From NCBI GenBank assembly GCA_951406725.2, contig OX597819.1, positions 107,508,001 to 107,572,000 on the forward strand: a stretch of DNA of 64,000 bases, read 5' to 3'. The stretch is from Octopus vulgaris. Taxonomy: Eukaryota. Below the pieces are notes generated by a model. That model saw only the letters and a list, made by a program, of their open reading frames with translations. It had not been told where the DNA came from and made no database searches. Position 1 is the first letter of the stretch; every line of letters starts with the position of its first letter. The position numbers and the translations under genes were made by a program. Shown piece by piece: positions 55,026 through 64,000 of the stretch.

Positions 55026-55508
55026 GCATATATACATACGTATATGTACATACTTACATCTATACGAATATGAACTATTTTTCGAACAACGAAAGACACA
55101 AATGGAAAAAAGACACACAAAGCAAAAACGCGACCCTTCATCAGTTTTGGGCTGTTTTTCTACTCTCGTATTTCGAGCATTTAACAACAAGATACGTTTT
55201 CGATAAGACAGCTGCTCCCTCAAAGCAAATTAAATAAAATTTGGGATTTTGCGGAGGGTCAAAATAGGACAATGAAAACAAACAGGAAGGGCTGGTAAGC
55301 CTAAACGAGCTTGTGGTGACGAATGCGTAAATCAAGCTTTGACAGGAGACACACAAGAATACGTCTTCCTTGATCCAGCTACAAAGGAGAGAAAGAAATG
55401 TATGTATATATCAATCAATATAAGGGTAACAAAAAATTCAAGAAAAATTTTCTGCAACCAGCGGTCAAGTGAGAAAATAGAGATAGTCACAGACTATATA
55501 ATATATTC

Positions 55509-55734
55509 AACAAATAATTAAGGAATGACCCTGAGAAGGTCGTTCGACTCACTTGAAAAGAGCAGCTAAACTCAAAACCGCAAAAATAGTAGTAATTCTG
55601 AAACTAGAGGAGAAATATAAATGTTTTTATTTCTCCTCTAGTTTCAGAATTACTACTATTTTTGCGGTTTTGAGTTTAGCTGCTCTTTTCAAGTGAGTCG
55701 AACGACCTTCTCAGGGTCATTCCTTAATTATTTG

Positions 55735-55736
<2 letters not shown>
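55509..55736. repeat. Perfect foldback, 109-bp arms and 10-nt loop, in (TA)n
   Basis: 55509-55617 is the reverse complement of 55628-55736. Confidence 0.95.
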
Positions 55737-55785
<49 letters not shown>

Positions 55786-56619
55786 TATATATTAATTGAA
55801 GGTATAAACACAAACATAAGTGAATTCCAGACAGTAAAATGTAAACAAAACTGCTACAATTTATTGTAATATATTGTAACAATTTATTGTAATATAAACC
55901 ACGATTCAACTGTAAAACCGGTCGAAGTGATTATAAGACCAGAATTCAATTTGATTTTAAAATATCTGTGTGATTAGGAAGCAGCGGGTGTCCTTATATG
56001 TATGTATATAATATAAATGTATAAATACACATATAGTTGACCACAATGTGGGTTACGACGACGAGTGCTTCAGTTGACTCGATCAACGGAACAGCCTGCC
56101 CCTTGCCATATTAACGTGCAAGTGGCTGAGCACTCCACACACATGCGCACCATCAACGTAGCTCTGAATTAAATTCTGAAGGTGAAAAGGCTGGCCTATT
56201 GAACTACTTGTACAACTCATTTTTGCCAGTTGCGTGGATGGAGCAACGGGAAACAAAGTGTCTTGTTCAAAGACACAACCGCCGCCGGGAATCAACACAA
56301 TAACCACTGTCTTGCCCATACATAATATGTGTGTGTGTGTGTTGTATGTATTATAGTACTTACAAGTCAATAATAAATACATAACGATAATCCGATGAAC
56401 ATGAAGTCCGTATATTTATGCTGTATGGCTGCTCCGTAGAGCAGACTTAATCGTTTTACGGCAGACAAAAAAAGAAGATATTTCGAAAGAACATAGAAGT
56501 GGAAAGATCAGACAGCGTAAAATATCTCGCCATCAAATGTTTATTGCATAAGACTAAGACAAGTTACAGCAGTAACTGCATTCTAAAATGTTCATGGATG
56601 TTTAACACGGAAATTTATA

Positions 56620-57505
56620 TCAAGGTGTACCAAAAAGAAACCGGAATTTTGCAATGTTATTTTATTGACTTAGTTTTAAATGTTTACACTTTTATCGCCC
56701 TCAAAGTATTCTTCATTTGAAGCAATGCATCGGTCCAGACGCGTTTTCCACATTTCGAAGAAGTTCTGGAACTCTTGCGAAGCGATGCCTTTTAACGCCT
56801 CTGTCGTTTATTTTTCTTCAACTTTTCTACATCTGCAAATTTCGTAGTGCCAGCTGTCATCACTACTGATGACCTTGGAAATAAAAGTCAGGATCAACTT
56901 CCAGCTGTTCTTTCACTTCCCGACACGCATTCGGTCGTGACTGCTTTTGATCTTTTGTGAGGAAGCGAGGCACACATTTTGCTACAACTCTTTTCATTCG
57001 CAATACCTCACCCAAAATTCGTTTGCTCGATGACACACCAATCATATCAACAAGTTCGTCAATTGTTCAGTGACGCCCCTCCGAGATCAGCTCATGAATT
57101 TTCATGATGTTTTTGTTCGTTCGAGAGGTCGACGATCGCCCTTAACGAAGTTGGTTTCCAAGCGACAAAGGACCATGCCTAAAGCGTGAAAACCACTCAT
57201 AAACTTGTGTTTTGCACATAGCAGCGTACTTGTAAGCTGTTTGAAGCATGACAACTGCTTCGGCTGCCATTTTTCCCAGCAGAAAACACAATTTCACGGA
57301 AGCACGCTGTTCCTCCATTTCAGCAATGACTCTAAAATCGACGAACTGGAGAAAAGCACTGTACAACAAAGACATATCACGGGACAGTACGACTTCATTA
57401 GATGACGCCTAAGGGTTGCATCAAGTTGCATCTTGCGACAGAAGACCTAACTTCAAAGGTTTGTCCCACAGACGACGTTTCCGGTTACTTTTGGGTATCC
57501 GCTCC
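56620..57505 (-). mobile_element. Internally deleted mariner element
   Basis: MEEQRASVKLCFLLGK...KTQVYEWFSRFR, VAKCVPRFLT..QKQSR; imperfect TIRs containing CAAAA(A)G.AACCGGAA, flanked by TA. Confidence 0.85.
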
Positions 57506-57566
57506 TATATGAAAACACATTTACTTTTACACAAGCGTACGTACATACAAACATACCTAAGCGCAC

Positions 57567-57639
<73 letters not shown>

Positions 57640-57849
57640 AGTGTATGTGTGTGTGTGTATATAATTTTTTTGTGCGGACAATTTCTTTGTTTCATTTTGT
57701 TTTTATTGTGGGCATGTTTTTCTACTTGTGTGCTGAGGTAGTTCATCATTCGGGCATATTTCTTCTTTATGTGGAGTTTGTGTGCTATATGTCTTCACGT
57801 TTAAGAAAGGGGATATCCTGGTGGGTTTACTGTGGCTCTTCTTCGAAAT

Positions 57850-58200
57850 GTTTGAGTGTAAAAAAATATTGCTTGTGTATGCAGGGAGAGAAGGTTTCAT
57901 CCCTAATATTTAAGATGTTATCTGTTGATTTTATAACATTTAATTTTTTAGTAATACAGGGCTCACATTTGATACCCCGTCCGCTGTTATTTTTTTTTCG
58001 CCTTAAGGGTGTTGCATCTTTGTTTTGTTGGTTTTTGTCTCTGAATGATGCCAGATGTTATGTATACCTTTCCTTGAACGAATTGCCTGTCGTTCCCATA
58101 TAAACCTTTGCTGTTCTGTGATGTTGCTATTCTCTGAAATACGTTTTTTGCTATTCCATGATCTTGGCCTTTCTCGAGACAGTTGTTGTTATTTACTTCA
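57850..58200 (-). pseudogene. Decayed Penelope-type GIY-YIG fragment
   Basis: Minus-strand KVYMGTTGNSFKERYT*HLASFR fits the YIG.T...FK.RY..H..SF pattern. Confidence 0.5.
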
Positions 58201-58544
58201 GTTATAAGCGAAAAATGTATAGTTACCAAACTGTTTGACTTAGCAACTTGTTTTATAACTGGAATAGTTAAGCAGGAAGAATAGCATATAAGTAACTTTA
58301 TGCTGCAAAGAAGAAAAAGGGAGAGTTGGATGTTTCAGACAGTTGTTCTTCAATGGAAAGCAGAGAAGTAAAAAACGAAAATTTGGAAAGCTTCTTCAAA
58401 AACAATATTTATACGATGTTATATATAGCTTTATCTGCTTCGAGATTTACAGTTTCAAAAAGAATTATTTCATATTCTCTCGAAGTTTATAAATTCTTAC
58501 TATGTCAACACTAAACACATACTCACACATATACACATCAAACT

Positions 58545-58926
58545 TTATTCTATACAATGTTCGTTTCGACCCGTCCTGCAATTGTCATTCATGTATGAGA
58601 CTCCTTTCAACATATTGTGTTGCATCGATTTTGCAGTCTGGGTCTCATTAGGCCATTTTATATAATCAGGAACGCAAGATTTCCACGTTCGTGTTTGATG
58701 AATTTTTTGCGTTTCTGCAGTCTTGTTTCCATTTTATTCATTCCCTAACTAGATGGACATATAAAAACATGGTTGCAGGCACTCAAGATCTTTAGTGAGA
58801 CACAACTTTGTTGATGTACCTGATGAGACCCAGGCTGCAAAATCGATGCAACACAAGATGTTCAACGGAGTCCCACACATAGAGGACAATAGTAGGTGGG
58901 GTCGAAATTAACGTTGTATAGAATAA
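58545..58926. repeat. Diverged inverted repeat (~108-bp arms), each arm carrying a hammerhead-like motif
   Basis: Right arm TGTAC-CTGATGA-GACCC...GGGTC-GAAA-TTAAC-GTT-GTATA (58815-58920); left arm on the minus strand CTAATGA-GACCC...GGGTC-GAAAC. Confidence 0.75.
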
Positions 58927-59114
58927 TGTTTAATACCAAATCCATCTTCTCGGTACTTAATTAATATGATTACCCTAACTGAAACAGTGGAGTTTCTGAA
59001 ATAGCTCCAACGGAAGTATACCACGACTGCGGGTGACAACAGATAGCCTAAGTTGTGCCGGTGCTCTACTCAACATTTTAACACACTTAATCGGCTTATG
59101 CCTATCAGTTCAAT

Positions 59115-59148
<34 letters not shown>

Positions 59149-59174
59149 GTTTTTGTGTGTGTGTGTGTGTGTTC

Positions 59175-59210
59175 CTTTCTGTGGAAGAGCGTAGGCTCGA
59201 AACGTTAAAG
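59175..59210 (+). ncRNA. Minimal hammerhead motif with variant core
   Basis: CTTT-CTGTGGA-AGAGC GTAG GCTC-GAAAC-GTT-AAAG; A6 is replaced by U. Confidence 0.5.
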
Positions 59211-59301
59211 ACATTTTCAATTCCCGAGCGTTATACTAATACATCTGTTTGTTTTCAACACCACCTGTCTGTCTTCGTCTGTTGCTTTTTTCGTGAATTC
59301 T

Positions 59302-59358
<57 letters not shown>

Positions 59359-59495
59359 TCAATAAATGGTGGGGTTGTGTTGACCGCACGTGGAGAAATG
59401 ATAAGTAAGGAAAATTTTTTTAAAATGCAGAATGCTCAAATGAAAGAAAATTTTAATAAAATGAGAAAATGATAAAATATATAAATATATATATT

Positions 59496-59536
59496 TATTC
59501 AACCGGTTTTCGTCAATGTATGACTTGTCAAGAATA
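59496..59536 (-). ncRNA. Minimal hammerhead with U3-A8 compensatory core in the Penelope 3' UTR
   Basis: TATTC-TTGACAA-GTCA TACAT TGAC-GAAA-ACCG-GTT-GAATA; 5-bp stem I, 4-bp stem II, palindromic AACCGGTT. Confidence 0.7.
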
Positions 59537-60171
59537 TTTATGTTTTAAGAAGTTTTTTTAAAAATTAGAAAGGGGAAAAAAAGAAAATTGCAATGTTTTT
59601 TGTAAAAGAATAATGATAAAAATGTACAAAAATTAAAAAATAAGTTCTCCGATACATTGTGAGTTCGTTGTGTATCTTGAGTTTTATGGTTGTTTACCAA
59701 AAAATTACCTTGAGGTGTTAAGATCCAAAGGGATTAAGAGCATGTGATGTGTTGTGTTGTTAAATTCAGCATGTTGCAGGACAGGAAGTAGTAGTAATTG
59801 TGGTCCTGGTTCTTCAGTTCCTGTGTTGTGAGTAAGGGGAGACAACTCTTTTGAGTTCTTCAATAAAACCCAAATTATAAAACTATCATTTTAGCTTCAT
59901 TTGCATTATCTTTTTTATATAATTGCTTGTTAACTTAACTTTCAGATTTTAACACTTTATTTATATTATTTTCTAATAATATAAAACTGCATAGACAATT
60001 GCATTTCAAATTGTCATATCATTTATAATAAAAATGATAGTAGTAACAACAACAATAGTGAAAATGATATTTAAAGAATATAAGTTTTAGCTTGAAGTGG
60101 TGAATGCATGGTATCTTTATATATTTGTGTTAGTCCATCCATGAAGAGTGAGGTAGAGAAAGGAAGTTTGA

Positions 60172-60410
60172 TCAACGAGGAGTTTGCATATTAAGTTGTG
60201 TTTGGAATTTTTCAATAAAGAGATTCTCCTTGTTAATTCTCTCCTGTGTGGTGATCCCGTCTTTACATTGGTAGAAGGGGAATATATAGAATTTGGGGTT
60301 TAAGTCTTTAGCACATGAGTCTAAGTGGTCACTCAGTGGAATTTGTCGGTATTCCGGGAGATTTATTTGTTCTTTATGCACCGTTACTCGTTTACGTAAC
60401 GGGAGACTCG
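60172..60410 (-). CDS. C-terminal half of the GIY-YIG endonuclease (frameshifted continuation)
   Basis: TSLPLRKRVTVH...SDHL...RINKENLFIEKFQTQLN supplies the conserved R, H, E and N. Confidence 0.8.
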
Positions 60411-62036
60411 TTGTCCCACATAATTATGTTGGCAACCAGCGCATGTGAGAACGTAGATAAGGTTCTCGGAGGAACAGGAGAAGTTAGTCTTGATTTTAAA
60501 CTTCGTACCTTGTTTGAAGGTAAATTCAGAGCCTTCAAGTAGAAAGGGGCAGGTACCACAGTTTGAGCGTGCACATTTTTTTACTGTTGGGGGTGGATGT
60601 GGTGTGTGAAGTTTGGCATTTGTCAAGAGTTTTTTTAAAGATTTGTGTTGCCTTTTGCATTTGAGGATTTTGTGTGTATTTATAATGTTTTTCATTTTTG
60701 GGTCTGTTGACAGTAGACTGAGGTTTTGTATGATTGTGGTGTATGCTTCGATATTTTTGGGGTTGTGGGTGGAAATGTATGGAAGTATTTTGAGGTTGTG
60801 TGTGGTGTTAGGTTGGGTGGTTATCAGTGTAGTGTTGTCTAGTTCTTTGGCGCGTTTTATTCCATACTCTATAAGGGTGGAGGGATATTGACGTTGTAAT
60901 AGTGTTTTTTTGAGGTCTTGAAGGCGTATTTCTCGTGTTTTTGGATCCGAGACAATGGTGCATACCCTTTTAGCTAAATTGAAAGGGATATTTGTCTTGG
61001 TGTGTTTTGGGTGGCATGAACTAAAGAGGAGGTATTGTTGTGAGTCTGTAGGTTTGTGGTAGATGTCTGTTATGATTTGGTTCTTAGGTGTTTTTATAAT
61101 TAGGAGATCAAGGAATGGGAGATGATGTTTACTTAATTCCATAGTGAATTGGATGTTGGGATGTATGTTGTTTAGTATGGTTTTGAATTCCAGGAGTTTT
61201 TCATAAGCTTCTTTCCATATGATGAAACAATCATCTAAATACCTTTTCCAGTTTTCCATTAGGTAGGTGTGGAAAACATGTCCAAATTTCTGGCTTGATA
61301 TTTCATAGAGTGACAGTTCGAAGTAACCCATTATGAGGTTCGCAAGGACTGGTGCAGCCTTGGTACCCATCGCAATGCCACATTTTTGACGGTAGTGTGT
61401 GTCGTCGAAGAGAAAAAAATTGTTTGTCAGAATGAACTTAAGAGATTCTGTAATAAAAGACTTGTTAATGCGGTCAGGGAATGTCTCTGGGTGTTTTTCT
61501 AGCCAGAAGTCAATTGCCTCTATACCATACTCATGTGGAATGTTGGTGTAGAGGTTGATGACATCAAAGGATACCAGGAGTGCCTCCTCGTTAACTGTTT
61601 TCGGGAGGTGTTTGAGCATGTCCAGATCATCCCTAATGAAACTTTTGATGTGGGTAAGGAAAGGTTTCAAAAGGATGTCTAGGAAGTTACTCAGGCGGTG
61701 TGTTTCACAGGAGGTACCAGCCACGATGGGCCTTAGTTTTAGGTCCTCCGGTGCTTTGATGTTGATGTGGATGTCAGTGGAGAGTTTGCAGGCTTCGGTG
61801 ATGTATTTGTTTTTATGGATTTTAGGAAGGCCATAAAAAAGGCTGGGCTTGCATTTGAAAATGGTGATATAATCCCTTTCTTTTTCTGTGAGTCCCTGAC
61901 CGTGTTGGCGTATGAGTGTGGTGAGGTTTCTGATTGTTTTTTGCTGTTTGTAGTTGTTAATAACCTCATAGAAAATGTTATTGTTAAGCATGGAGAACAC
62001 TAGGTGTTTATAAAATTCCGTGTCCATAAGGACCAC
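60384..62036 (-). CDS. Penelope-type reverse transcriptase plus N-terminal half of GIY-YIG endonuclease (550 aa open frame)
   Basis: Uninterrupted ORF with PLE RT motifs; bracketed by frameshifts near 62155 and 60410. Confidence 0.9.
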   Translation of the reverse strand: MVLMDTEFYKHLVFSMLNNNIFYEVINNYKQQKTIRNLTTLIRQHGQGLTEKERDYITIFKCKPSLFYGLPKIHKNKYITEACKLSTDIHINIKAPEDLKLRPIVAGTSCETHRLSNFLDILLKPFLTHIKSFIRDDLDMLKHLPKTVNEEALLVSFDVINLYTNIPHEYGIEAIDFWLEKHPETFPDRINKSFITESLKFILTNNFFLFDDTHYRQKCGIAMGTKAAPVLANLIMGYFELSLYEISSQKFGHVFHTYLMENWKRYLDDCFIIWKEAYEKLLEFKTILNNIHPNIQFTMELSKHHLPFLDLLIIKTPKNQIITDIYHKPTDSQQYLLFSSCHPKHTKTNIPFNLAKRVCTIVSDPKTREIRLQDLKKTLLQRQYPSTLIEYGIKRAKELDNTTLITTQPNTTHNLKILPYISTHNPKNIEAYTTIIQNLSLLSTDPKMKNIINTHKILKCKRQHKSLKKLLTNAKLHTPHPPPTVKKCARSNCGTCPFLLEGSEFTFKQGTKFKIKTNFSCSSENLIYVLTCAGCQHNYVGQRVSRYVNE

Positions 62037-64000
62037 AGCACTCCCTTTGTCCGCTTCTTTGATGGTGAGGTTTTTATCCAGTTGTATGTCACGTAGGTTT
62101 TCCCATTCTTCCTTACTGAAATTGGATTTTACCTTGGTTTTGCTTGGGGTAAAGGGAGACTCTGGATGTGTTTACAGAAATCGTCCAGTGTTTTATTTCT
62201 CCCTTTTGGTGGTAGGAAGTTGCTTTTATTTCTGATCAATGAGTCGTCCCCATTGTTGATATCTGTCAAAGCTTCTGTTAGGCGAAGTTTTCTGCAGAAT
62301 TCAGAAACGTCATCCAAACAAGACCCACCAAAAACCTGGTTTTCCAATCACTCTAACACCCCTCCCCCACCGATTAGAACCTTCAAGAACCTCCCATACA
62401 CTAGAAATTATCCCCCCTCAAGGCTCCCCTCCCTCACACTAATAACAAACAAGGCATCCTACCCACACCGATACATATAAGACCCACCCAACGAACCCCC
62501 TATAGTCCACCCATCCAACAACCACATTCCTACCACATCTCCTACAGATCTCCAAACCCTCACATCCCACACGAACCCAATCACCACAACTACATACCCC
62601 CCTACATCCCCCCATACAATCTACCAGACACACACCCACAAACCCATCGCATTTCTCACAAATCCTTACACCATCGCATCCCATACCAACACAAATACGA
62701 CAACTACCTACCCCCTCCAACCTCCCCACCCAAAAACACTCCTACACATACAACCAGAACTTTAACAAAGAATACACCCCTTACCTCAACAACCATTTTT
62801 TAGACAGAGGGGAAAAATACAAACACCACCGCTAACACAGACCCAAAATAAGAAAACATCTTGCTAGGATGTTGATTTGGGTTGGTGTCAGTGTTTTGCT
62901 GGAGAGGTTTATAATTTTTGTTTTCTTATTTTGGGTCTGTGTTAGCGGTGGTGTTTGTATTTTTCCCCTCTGTCTAAAAAATGGTTGTTGAGGTAAGGGG
63001 TGTATTCTTTGTTAAAGTTCTGGTTGTATGTGTAGGAGTGTTTTTGGGTGGGGAGGTTGGAGGGGGGTAGGTAGTTGTCGTATTTGTGTTGGTATGGGAT
63101 GCGATGGTGTAAGGATTTGTGAGAAATGCGATGGGTTTGTGGGTGTGTGTCTGGTAGATTGTATGGGGGGATGTAGGGGGGTATGTAGTTGTGGTGATTG
63201 GGTTCGTGTGGGATGTGAGGGTTTGGAGATCTGTAGGAGATGTGGTAGGAATGTGGTTGTTGGATGGGTGGACTATAGGGGGTTCGTTGGGTGGGTCTTA
63301 TATGTATCGGTGTGGGTAGGATGCCTTGTTTGTTATTAGTGTGAGGGAGGGGAGCCTTGAGGGGGGATAATTTCTAGTGTATGGGAGGTTCTTGAAGGTT
63401 CTAATCGGTGGGGGAGGGGTGTTAGAGTGATTGGAAAACCAGGTTTTGTGGTGGGTCTTGTTTGGATGACGTTTCTGAATTCTGCAGAAAACTTCGCCTA
63501 ACAGAAGCTTTGACAGATATCAACAATGGGGACGACTCATTGATCAGAAATAAAAGCAACTTCCTACCACCAAAAGGGAGAAATAAAACACTGGACGATT
63601 TCTGTAAACACATCCAGAGTCTCCCCTTTACCCCAAGCAAAACCAAGGTAAAATCCAATTTCAGTAAGGAAGAATGGGAAAACCTACGTGACATACAACT
63701 GGATAAAAACCTCACCATCAAAGAAGCGGACAAAGAGAGTGCTGTGGTCCTTATGGACACGGAATTTTATAAACACCTAGTGTTCTCCATGCTTAACAAT
63801 AACATTTTCTATGAGGTTATTAACAACTACAAACAGCAAAAAACAATCAGAAACCTCACCACACTCATACGCCAACACGGTCAGGGACTCACAGAAAAAG
63901 AAAGGGATTATATCACCATTTTCAAATGCAAGCCCAGCCTTTTTTATGGCCTTCCTAAAATCCATAAAAACAAATACATCACCGAAGCCTGCAAACTCTC
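61780..64000. repeat. Near-perfect inverted repeat, arms of at least 1.08 kb, 60-bp spacer 62859-62918
   Basis: 62919-64000 is the reverse complement of 61780-62858 with only a few differences; runs off the window. Confidence 0.95.
63465..64000 (+). CDS. Partial Penelope RT N-terminal region, inverted second copy, open to the window end
   Basis: DDVSEFCRKLRL...SNFSKEEW...IKEADKESAVVLMD...FYGLPKIHK in one frame. Confidence 0.85.

Larger units (their letters stand above)
59357..62315 (-). mobile_element. Penelope-like element (Neptune-like): RT, GIY-YIG and 3' UTR ending at (TA)n
   Basis: ADKGSAVV, FYGLPKIHK, LRPIV, SFDVINLYT, GIAMGT, RYLDD, LPFLD, YHKPT; Cys linker CARSNCGTC; NLIYVLTC..C...YVGQ. 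Confidence 0.92.

Overview
AT-rich, repeat-dominated eukaryotic (animal) DNA with no recognisable host protein-coding exon; the SINE families and extreme microsatellite load suggest an octopus-like cephalopod (inference). Nearly all listed ORFs are microsatellite read-throughs or retroelement pieces. Main contents: (1) a near full-length L1/Tx1-type LINE (30294-35848, minus strand) and a 5'-truncated sibling (6357-7345), each with (GATA)n on both flanks; (2) a young Penelope-like element (RT + GIY-YIG, Neptune-like Cys linker) at 59357-64000, arranged as a >1 kb palindrome; (3) R4/Dong-like RLE LINE pieces in (TAA)n arrays, RTE and CR1 remnants, Tc1/mariner remnants and several tRNA-headed SINE families. 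Reading both strands by eye shows about a dozen type I hammerhead ribozyme (HHR) motifs of different sequence, often in short inserts within (TA)n tracts that carry an inverted copy of their own 3' end. These include an apparently intact canonical HHR (8557-8649), a U3-A8 compensatory core variant in the Penelope 3' UTR (59496-59536) and a tRNA-headed SINE with an HHR-containing tail (9961-10191, 17427-17760). All calls are by eye; no ribozyme activity or database novelty has been tested, and remnant boundaries are approximate.
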